A stretch of DNA of 9,450 nt from Amoeboradix gromovi X-113 (GCA_018985225.1 JADGIF010000391.1:1-9450), one strand, 5' to 3'. Numbered from the stretch's first letter, positions 1-8,140 are shown. The notes: generated from the letters alone by a model not told the origin. Numbers and translations are program-made.

Positions 1-123
1 GTGGACAGAGATGTGAATGCATGTTGTAATAATCTTCAAGTGGTAGATAGTTTGGTAGCGAATGGTGAGAGACCAGGTTGGCAACAAAGGATCACTGATA
101 AAGTAATTTCGCCTATTGCCTAG
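1..123 (+). CDS. 3' end (last 40 aa; 5' part lies outside the window) of a probable Fanzor/TnpB-family RuvC nuclease, Fanzor1-like
   Basis: Frame +1 reads VDRDVNACCNNLQVVDSLVANGERPGWQQRITDKVISPIA* (TAG 121-123). DRDVNAxxN matches the RuvC-III motif (D/N)RDxNAxxNI found at the C-terminus of TnpB/Fanzor. The GxRP about 12 residues later is typical of Fanzor1 tails. A structured non-coding region follows immediately. Only 40 aa are visible, so whether the gene is intact is unknown. Confidence 0.7.
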   Translation: MDRDVNACCNNLQVVDSLVANGERPGWQQRITDKVISPIA

Positions 124-267
124 GTGAAGAAATATGGGACACTACTGTGAAAATTTCAACTGGGTAAATCTCGTCACTCGCTATTTACCCCTAGTCTACT
201 TTCTACAGAGTGTGTCCCATAACCTACAAAATGCGTGATAACTTGTCTTCCAAGTTGTTGGATCGCA
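121..267 (+). ncRNA. Candidate Fanzor omegaRNA scaffold (3' boundary uncertain: 218 or ~267-275)
   Basis: Nested inverted repeats: TAGGT 121-125/ACCTA 222-226; TATGGGACAC 133-142/GTGTCCCATA 212-221; CTGT-GAAA 145-152/TTTC(T)ACAG 200-208; GGGTAAAT 162-169/ATTTACCC 183-190. A second hairpin has TGCG 232-235/CGCA 264-267 and AACTTG 240-245/CAAGTT 251-256, extended by G-U pairs. The location right after a TnpB/Fanzor-like ORF is where omegaRNAs are encoded. Confidence 0.5.
192..218 (+). repeat. TIR-like sequence, possible right end of the Fanzor-carrying element
   Basis: TAGTCTACTTTCTACAGAGTGTGTCCC (192-218) aligns ungapped with the MITE right TIR TAGTCTAGTTTTTGTATTTGGTGTCCC (8144-8170) at 19/27 identities, including two perfect 7-mers. 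Confidence 0.4.
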
Positions 268-374
268 ATAATCAAAATGGCTTTAAGTATCTAATAAATT
301 GCTATACTAACACAAAATTTTACACCTTACGCTAGTCTTATAGAATAGATGATTAATTTATTTAAATCGCATAG

Positions 375-791
375 CTACAAACCCAAGTCTTCGAATTCGT
401 CTTCCTCCATAGCATCAATTGGCTTACTCAAGTACTTTTCTTTATAATCTTCTTCGGAATATGGGTTTTTACAGCCAGTGCAGAGGAATGTCAGTCTTAA
501 ATCCGCATTTTTAGAAGTACTTCTATTTGAAAAATAAATTGCTTTAACAGTTTTGCAATCTGGGCATCCCTTGGATATCTTCGGCAAAGTCATATCAAAA
601 ACAGTATCTTGATTTAAACTACCACTTCCTCTTAAATCGTCATGTTTTAATTCATTTCGATATATCAAAGTGGATTCTGCAACTGTTATATAGTCACAAT
701 TTTTGCATCTCATGTTCAATATCTTTGCTTCTTTGTCTTCTTCTGGATATAAAAGGTTGCCACATTCTCGACAAAAAGAAAGAGATCTCAT
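375..791 (-). CDS. RPB9: DNA-directed RNA polymerase II subunit RPB9 (138 aa)
   Basis: ATG at 791-789; the ORF-track start at 815 is a non-ATG codon. N-terminal zinc ribbon FCRECGNLLYPEEDK...CKNCDY, linker DMTLPK (D-x-TLP), and C-terminal ribbon CPDC...LTFLCTGC. It lacks the RSADE motif of RPC11/RPA12/TFIIS. Confidence 0.93.
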   Translation of the reverse strand: MRSLSFCRECGNLLYPEEDKEAKILNMRCKNCDYITVAESTLIYRNELKHDDLRGSGSLNQDTVFDMTLPKISKGCPDCKTVKAIYFSNRSTSKNADLRLTFLCTGCKNPYSEEDYKEKYLSKPIDAMEEDEFEDLGL

Positions 792-841
792 TGTTAAATA
801 GGAGAAATTTAGCAAACATATTTAAAATCGATTTATATTTA

Positions 842-2244
842 TTAGAAATTTGACCATGTTTCCATCAAGATGCTCACCGACTCTTTTAACTGCAGCATGT
901 TCTTACGACGCTGTTTAACAATATCATCTCCAACAATTATATCCAGCAATTTATCTGAATGACTTGGCATTAGTGATGCTACTAACTGTTCCTGTACCAT
1001 GTTTTTCTTCTCCTCCAAGTGGTCTTTAACTGCCGCCATTTCCTGCTGTTTTTGTGCGAAGAATGATTCCAACGCTAATGCCATACTTTCATGCCATTCT
1101 TTCAGCACAAACTCTTCAGTTGCACAAGACTGCTCTTCTTGACTTGTAGAAGCTGCAGATTTTGTAGAACCGATTGACTTTGCAGGATCAAATTTATTTC
1201 GTTTGAAAATATTACCTAAATCATAGTCGTCACTTAATTCGGCATATTTAGGTTTCACTTTTATGTTTGATTTCACAATCTTGGCTTGATTAAATATTGT
1301 GTTAATGGGTTTGTCTTTTTTATTCTCTGTCTTAATACCTACAGTGGGCGTTTGTAATGAGAACATTTTCTTGTTTTGCTTCGGTGTAAAATCTTCTGAA
1401 GCATTTAAGAAAGTGGATTCCTCATTATAAAACTTTGAAGGAACCAGAGTATCATGTGCCGTGTTAACCTTTTTCTTTTTCATCGGAGTTTCATATTTGA
1501 ACGATTTATCGGATTCTGATATTTTGCGTTTATTTAAACTCTCATAAAATGGCATTTCGTCATTTTCGTCTGCAGTAATCTTGTTAATGGCCTTCTTTAT
1601 TTCTTCTACTTCGAGTTTATTTGCCTTTTTTACCTGAGTAAGTTTCTGAGATTGCTACATTAATGATCCAAGAATACCACTTTATTTAATGAAAACCATT
1701 TCTGCAGTTTGGTCATTGCTGATTGTTTAAACTTAAGAATATGAACTTCTTTATCCATATAAAAAGTAACAGTGCATCCGTCGACATCTACCATTTTGAT
1801 CTGTTTAAACTCCAGTTCAAAAACTGTTGCCAATGATATTGTCATTAAACCATCTTTGTAATACATAAATCCATCTTCTAACTCAACCGAAGATCTAACA
1901 AACATTCCGTATAACAGTCTGCTCATTCCTTCTGTTTCTTTAAACTTCTGGTACCATTTTGCGATTTTAATGTTCGCAGCAGATATAACTTTGTTGAATA
2001 GATCCCTGTTCTTTTGATCGCTTCTGCATTGGATAACCTTAATAAACTTCAATATTTCCAATTGCATCTTAAATGAAGTGTCTCGAAATACATTGCCCAA
2101 GAATTCATCTATCTTTACACCTTTGAAATCCCCTTTCCATAACTCTGCCTTCAACGCATTCGATCCTTTCACTTTACTTCTCATATCAGCTAAACTATCT
2201 GTTAATTCTGATTTGCAGCAATTCATGAAGTCATGTACAAACAT
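842..2244 (-). CDS. Uncharacterised 459-aa, probably nuclear protein in two exons (2244-1678, 1654-842): helical and beta-rich N-terminal region, disordered basic middle, C-terminal coiled coil
   Basis: Removing the 23-nt GT-AG intron 1677-1655 joins ORF 1660..2244 in frame to an open stretch (QSQKLTQVKKANKLEVEEIKKAINKITADENDE) that runs into ORF 842..1555. Basic NLS-like segments (KRK, PMKKKK) and three TP sites are present. Confidence 0.8.
1655..1677 (-). other. 23-nt spliceosomal intron
   Basis: The minus strand reads GTATTCTTGGATCATTAATGTAG. It is phase 0, contains the stop of the upstream ORF, and its removal restores the frame. An alternative donor 3 nt upstream (26-nt intron) is also frame-compatible. 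Confidence 0.8.
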
Positions 2245-2296
2245 TGGTGTATCACAAAATGACGTCTCTGGTTATAAATTTTGAAACTTTAATCTT
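2245..2296. promoter_or_regulatory. 52-bp divergent (bidirectional) promoter region
   Basis: Head-to-head ATGs at 2244 (-) and 2297 (+). The gap contains TGACGTC (2260-2266) and TTATAAA (2272-2278). Confidence 0.55.
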
Positions 2297-4630
2297 ATGT
2301 CAAATGAACTATCCAAATTAGGCTCGAAAGAATTTGATTGCGAGTCATTTGTTAAACGACAAATTTCCAATCTTGATGACAATGGTTTGAAAGACCTAAA
2401 ATCGAAATTAAAAGATGCCCACAAACAAGCTCAGAGCGATGTCCACCATATTCTACTAAGTAACCACAAGTCTTACTTAAATCTTACAGAGCAACTAACA
2501 GCTATTGAAGTCGAGCAGATGTCCATTTCTAATATAATTCAAGAAGTGAAAAACATTTTCAAATCTCTTGATTTAGAACCTTTGCCTGTTGATTCCATAG
2601 ATACTAATCAGCTAGGTTCCGACTTAATCGAGGAAATAGTAGACCTCGAGGAAGTAGTCGGCCCTATCAATAGGAAAGTCCTTCATATTTCTTACTACTG
2701 TTATAATTTAAACGGCCAATACCCAGACAAAAGAATATATCGTTTATTTGTATTTACTGACATGCTGGTAGTAGTAATTCGTAAAAAAAAAGGTCAGCAT
2801 GCCAGAACTAAAGAGTATGTAGACTCCTTTATCCCGCTATCTAAATTAGCCATTTCCTCAGTCGATACAGAAATATGTTTACTGAATAGTGAACTCCAAA
2901 AGGAAACTAAACTGAGGTTTGAAAGAGTTAAAAACAAGCAAGATACCCATGATGCTATCAAAAGTATATTGTCGACTACACAACGCAGTAGTAAATCCCA
3001 TTTGCGTAATAATTCCTCAACTGTAAAAGCTGGTCTAGTTCCTATTCAATCCATGACTTCTTCCCAAATCGCCCAGTTCAGTGATCTAATGGAGCGTCTT
3101 GATGAATCAGTTCAGATGAGATCATTTGATCAATCTAGTGCATTGTACAACGAAGCTAAAAAACTAATGTCCTCTTTGAACAAAGAACCGAATAATTACC
3201 GTAAATTACTGCAGTCCAAACACAAGGAATTAAGTAATATGCTTCTACAACAGCTAAATAACCAAACAAATTCTAAAAAACACGTTGTGAGTTATACTAA
3301 ATGGCTGATTGCTATTGGTTGTGGCGAAGTAGCTGCTGATACATTCTTAAAGATGAGGTCATCACTAATCAAGAAGCGAGCTCGTCAAATTGTATATCAA
3401 GGAGATGTGGTGAATTTCATCAGTGATTTAAGCTTTGTTCTATTTTCTTTAATTCGGAATACTGGAGACTGGTACACAACTAGTTTTAAAGATGCTATGA
3501 TGGTTAGTATATACGTCAAGTGGGCCAGAGATGAAGTGTCTTCATATGTGTCAACATGCCAACGTCATTTAAACAGCAATCAGTTTGGATCATTACGCAA
3601 AGTAGCGCAAACTTTGTATCAAATTGAGCACCATGCTGAGATACTAAATAAGAGCGGTATTAATATCACTTACATCATACACGATCTCTTGGGAAACCAC
3701 GTAGTCACTAATCTACGAGAAGCGAAGAGTAATTGCGCTATTTTTGTAGGAAAATCAGTTGTAGAGGATGACTTAAAGTGTTTGAATGAAGATTTTAGTA
3801 AGAATAAGGAACTCGCTCGATCTAAATCTGCAGATACACTTGTTGAGAACATGAAAGGATTTACCGAATTGGCATCAAGTACGAAGCATCTAATAATTCG
3901 AAATGAATCATTTATAGCTATCGATACAATATTGGAAGCGTTTTATCATATGTGTAATAAAGTGGTAGATTCAAAACAAAGCGAGTCTGAATTGCAAATG
4001 ATTATACAAAACACCATATATGTGCACAGGTTTGTTATAGATAATACACTCAAGGACCTGAGCGAATTGGATGATTTCTATTCTTCCTTTTCTGAGTCCA
4101 TTAAAAACAGAGCCATTGATGGCAAATCAAAGATCATTCATCTCACAGTTAATAAATACTCGCTCTTTCTTACAGCAATAGTTTACAAATTTAGTGAATT
4201 AGATTTGGGAGACGACACTAGCTTGAATGCAGCACAGTTGCCAAGTAACAACATGGCAAATGTTGTATTCAAGTTAAAAAAATTTGCAACCGCCTTAATG
4301 GAGGATAGTAAGGAGATCATATCGCTAGTTATATCAGCCGTGTGGATGGAAATGATGAATGACTTATATTGGCTAAACAATGGTAAACTGAGAAATTTGG
4401 GGGTTGGTGGAGTAGAACTATTAATGCTGGATGTTCAATATTTGATTAGGTCATTTGAGTCTTTGATTGATGAAAGCATTAGGAGGCAAGGAAAACATCT
4501 AATGGAAAAAACTATTAAAAACTACTATGAAAAATGCAAAGAATTAAAGACTCAGCCAAAACAAGTTAAGCAGAGTGAATGGTTTGACAAACAGGTGGCA
4601 GTTGCCATATCCGACGCCAAAACAAAATAA
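2297..4630 (+). CDS. EXO84: Exocyst complex component Exo84/EXOC8 (777 aa)
   Basis: N-terminal Vps51/Exo84-type coiled coil (FDCESFVK...LLSNHKSYLNLTEQLTAIEVE) and a PH domain (RLFVFTDMLVVVIRKKK). Exo84 C-terminal helical motifs follow (AADTFLKMRSSLIKKRARQIVYQGDVVNFISDLSFVLFSLIRNTGDWY...YVKWARDEV). Confidence 0.9.
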   Translation: MSNELSKLGSKEFDCESFVKRQISNLDDNGLKDLKSKLKDAHKQAQSDVHHILLSNHKSYLNLTEQLTAIEVEQMSISNIIQEVKNIFKSLDLEPLPVDSIDTNQLGSDLIEEIVDLEEVVGPINRKVLHISYYCYNLNGQYPDKRIYRLFVFTDMLVVVIRKKKGQHARTKEYVDSFIPLSKLAISSVDTEICLLNSELQKETKLRFERVKNKQDTHDAIKSILSTTQRSSKSHLRNNSSTVKAGLVPIQSMTSSQIAQFSDLMERLDESVQMRSFDQSSALYNEAKKLMSSLNKEPNNYRKLLQSKHKELSNMLLQQLNNQTNSKKHVVSYTKWLIAIGCGEVAADTFLKMRSSLIKKRARQIVYQGDVVNFISDLSFVLFSLIRNTGDWYTTSFKDAMMVSIYVKWARDEVSSYVSTCQRHLNSNQFGSLRKVAQTLYQIEHHAEILNKSGINITYIIHDLLGNHVVTNLREAKSNCAIFVGKSVVEDDLKCLNEDFSKNKELARSKSADTLVENMKGFTELASSTKHLIIRNESFIAIDTILEAFYHMCNKVVDSKQSESELQMIIQNTIYVHRFVIDNTLKDLSELDDFYSSFSESIKNRAIDGKSKIIHLTVNKYSLFLTAIVYKFSELDLGDDTSLNAAQLPSNNMANVVFKLKKFATALMEDSKEIISLVISAVWMEMMNDLYWLNNGKLRNLGVGGVELLMLDVQYLIRSFESLIDESIRRQGKHLMEKTIKNYYEKCKELKTQPKQVKQSEWFDKQVAVAISDAKTK

Positions 4631-4806
4631 ATATATTAGTTGAAAAACAGCCCCAAAAGCCAAATGCTAAAAAGCAAGAGAAAAATCACTGATTCTTGAG
4701 TCTATGTACAGTTACAACGTCAAAGTTTACATTTCTTGTTAATTTATTATAATTCAGCCACGTGATGACAATTTGAACTTTTCAAGAGGAAATCCTCCAA
4801 GTTTCA

Positions 4807-7767
4807 ATGTCTGAGAATATATTTGCAAAAACGTTGGACCCTAACCCACAGGTACGTCAGCAAGCCGAAGAAGCTATTAAACAAGAAGAGATTAAATATA
4901 CTCAGAGCCCTACTCAATGGATTAGTTATGTTTGTTCACTTTGTGTGTCAGATAATAGTGCTGCCGTCTATTTAAAGAACTTTGTGATTACCAAATGGAA
5001 TGCGATGGATATCGTAGATAGACAGTTTGTCAAATCTCATATAATTGAGTGGATCATCCACAGTCATGGTCCCATTCGTAGTCAACATCTAGAGACGTTA
5101 AAAATGCTTTTTAAATGTGAAAATATTGATATAGTCTCCATGGACCAAATTCATTCTTTGCTTCAATCTCACTTAATTGCTGGAACTTTCATTTTACTTG
5201 AAATTTGCCGCTACTTTCAATGGAAACCGAAAAGCGAACGAGCTCCGTTAGATTTAGTTTTAACTAAAATATTCCCAAGTGCTTTAATCATTTGTCAGAG
5301 ACATTTAGCCAAGTTCGATCATGATGACCAGATTGTTGTCAAGAACATAATGAAATCCTTTTTCTTTACAATCAGATTCGAACTTTGTAATTCCCATTTA
5401 CAGATGCTTGGTGATTGGTGCCAGTTGTCTGCTGAACTGTTATTTAAACCTATTTCCGACACAGATGTTGAGCTGGCGGGGTACGGAGCCAAGAAATGGG
5501 CTGCCCACTTTTTAACTCGTTTGTTTGCACGATACGGCCAAAAATCAGGTAATAGAAAACCTGAAGAGGCTGACTTTATATATAATAATATAGCTCCTTC
5601 AATCATACATGCATACATACAGTTGTTAACTCAGTTTGTTGAGCAGAATCACAATTTTAATACTTGCCACCCGCTGTTACCGAATGTGCTGCTGCCAGAG
5701 AAAGTTCAGCACGAAGCCATAATGGCACTGCAGTTTGCTATCAAGTATAAAGACTTATGGAATCTTCTCAAACCTCATTTAAATAGCATAATTCCAAATT
5801 ATTTTGTGCCTTTGCTCAAACTGAGTGAATCTGATCAAGAAGTATGGGAAAACGACCCTATAGAATATGTGCATTCTAGATTAAGCAGCTGGGATGATGC
5901 TATTGATGTTCGGAGTAGTGCTATCATTTTCATATCAGAAATGTGTGAAAAACGTAAACTAATGATTCAGCCCGTGTTTGAATTAATTCAATCATTGCTA
6001 AAGGGTACGTGGTATGATCAAGAAGTAGCGCTGACACTCATGAGTGCCTTAAACTATGTGTTGCGCAGAGATATTGAATACAAAGATACAATTGAAGCTT
6101 TTACTTATGACTGCATTATTCCTGCCATGGCTAGCGATATACCTGTTTTAAAAGCGAAAGCATTTTATGTTTTTTCAAAGTTTTGCCATATTGATTTTAC
6201 AGGGTTTGATCATTTGCAAAAAGCATTTCAGTTGGCACTTCTGTCTTTGCAGTCAACTCTGCCTCTAAGCATATACGGATCGATAGCTATTAGCCCATTG
6301 CTGCGATTTCCGCAGTTAAAACAGCTGATAGCACCAAACATTCCCCAAATTATGCACAAACTGTTAGAACTAACAAATGTAATAGATATGGATATTTTAA
6401 CTGATATTATGGAAGTTATAGTAGAGCTTTATAGCCAGGACATCGTGCCTTACTCTGTTGAACTAGCTACATCTTTGATGAACTCGTTCTTGAGAATTCT
6501 GAAAAACTGTGAGGCAGATGTTGATTTGGACTTTACAAGCGACAAAATTATGACAGCTATAGGGATGATGAAAACGATTCAATCTCTAATTCTCAGTTTA
6601 GAAAACACACCAGCAGTTGTTTACCAGATTGAACAAATAGCATGTCCTGCGTTGGAATATGTCTTGGACAACGACTTTGTAGATTTGTTTGAGGAGATAT
6701 TTGAGTTCATAGATACTGTGACATTTACTACTAAATCGGTAAGCCCGTTTATGTGGAAATTCTTCTTTGCTTGTTTCAACAAACTGAAAGACACAGCTGC
6801 AGATTACTTGGACCACATGATCCCTTGCTTCGATAACTTTATTCAGTATGGAAAAGAACAAATATTGCAGGACACGTCTACTATATACAACATCAACCAG
6901 TTGATTAGTAGTTTATTTCATTCGGGTTGCATCGATTCAGATAAAATTCCGGGCTGTTTGCTGATCGAGACCATATTGCTACATTTGAGAGGCCACGTAG
7001 ATGCATTGATACCTGTCTATGTGGATATGGCACTGTATTTCCTCAATGATTTACAAAAACAACGTAACTCTCAAGAATCCACAGATTTTAGAATCTGCTT
7101 AATTGAAATTGTGCTGAATTGCATCTATTACAACCCTGTTATAACCTTGGCATTGTTGGACTCAAAGAAATGTGTGGATGATATTTTTGGATTTATGATC
7201 CATCAGCACGAACTGTTTAGGCGCTTGCATGATAAGAAGCTGTTGATATTATGCTGCTGCACCATCATGACTTGTCCATTACAGAGTGTTCCTCCCACCA
7301 TACAACACCAGTTGCCCAAGTTGTTGGTGTTTATAGCCCATAGATTGCAAAACTATCAGGATTGCATAAACAGTATTTAGTTAACTAATTTAGAGAAGCA
7401 GAAGCTGTCAGAGAAGTGGAACAACATGCCTCTTAACGGGTATGACCATATAGAGAGCAAGAACATTAAACAGATCGGAGACAATGAGGATTGTTTAAGT
7501 GATGATTTGCACAACGACTTTGATTTGGATGAATTCGAAATGTTTGAAGAAGATCACACTTATGATACACCATTAGATCACATAGATCCGTACCTGGTGT
7601 TTGGTCACACTATACACGTACTAATTGGGACAAGAAAACCAGAATATGATGAGTGGATGCGTTTGCTGAATGATGACATAAGAACAATGATTGAAAAACT
7701 ATACGAACTGTATGTCACGCATTTGCACAAACAGCAGCAAATACAGCAACCGCAACAAATAAATTAA
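4807..7767 (+). CDS. NMD5: Importin-beta family karyopherin, importin-7/8 (Nmd5/Sxm1) type, 979 aa in two exons (4807-7372, 7394-7767)
   Basis: IBN_N start (TLDPNPQVRQQAE...AAVYLKNFVITKW), family motifs AKKWAAHFLTRLFARYG, WENDPIEYV, FDNFIQYG, NCIYYNP and RRLHDKKL, then an acidic stretch and YDTPLDHIDPY in exon 2. A 21-nt intron removes the in-frame TAG at 7378-7380. Orthology to NMD5 versus SXM1 cannot be resolved by eye. Confidence 0.9.
7373..7393 (+). other. 21-nt spliceosomal intron
   Basis: GTATTTAGTTAACTAATTTAG: GTATT donor, CTAAT branch-like motif, TAG acceptor. It is phase 1, 3n in length and contains a stop. Splicing gives ...DCIN-K-KQKLSEKWNNMPLNG. Confidence 0.82.
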
Positions 7768-7793
7768 TTAATTTGCAATCTTTTTTAACAATT

Positions 7794-7823
7794 GGGACAT
7801 CAAATATAAAAACTGGACTAACT
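7794..7823 (+). repeat. Left terminal inverted repeat of the MITE
   Basis: 27/30 match to the reverse complement of 8141-8170. Confidence 0.88.
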
Positions 7824-8140
7824 TTCTGTAACAACTTGGAACATTATTTCAGCTTTATTACTTTATGGATTTAAGAGGCGAGTGGACATTCAGCTAGTTG
7901 CGGAGTTGACGAGTATAAAAGGAAAATAAATATTCTATACAGCTATTCTCTTACTCTTTCATCCAATCTTTATTTCAAATAAACCTCTGAGATGCTCAAA
8001 GACCTCATGTATTTGAACGAGATGCAGGGTCTTCTAGTTTTATTTTAAAAAGGGATTGATAGTAATGAAAGAAAATTGGTATAATAGAAGATCTTTTATT
8101 AATGATAGTATTTCCTCCGTATGGAGCAACTTCAAAAACG

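Noticed and set aside
103-123. Possible 21-nt intron GTAATTTCGCCTATTGCCTAG that would remove the Fanzor stop codon
   Set aside because: It lacks the YTAAT branch motif seen in the two supported introns. Splicing would only swap the tail for VKKYGTLL*.
792-815. N-terminal extension of RPB9 given in the ORF track
   Set aside because: It starts at a non-ATG codon; the ATG at 791 gives a normal RPB9 N-terminus.
2078-2284. 68-aa + strand ORF
   Set aside because: Antisense shadow of the orphan gene, non-ATG start, no recognisable features.
2588-2611. Possible in-frame 24-nt intron in EXO84 (GTTGAT...ACTAATCAG)
   Set aside because: The donor is weak and the frame is open without splicing; it cannot be supported without RNA data.
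3670-4380. Two short minus-strand ORFs (3670..3852, 4183..4380)
   Set aside because: Antisense shadows within EXO84.
5319-6861. Two minus-strand ORFs (5319..5618, 6598..6861)
   Set aside because: Antisense shadows within the importin gene.
7378-7380. In-frame TAG in the importin as stop-codon reassignment or readthrough (as with TAR=Gln in Amoeboaphelidium protococcarum)
   Set aside because: Thousands of codons in the window have no other internal TAA or TAG, genes end in TAA or TAG, and a consensus GT-AG mini-intron explains the stop.
7729-7758. Gln-rich CAG/CAA run at the importin C-terminus
   Set aside because: Ordinary low-complexity coding tail, not a repeat array.
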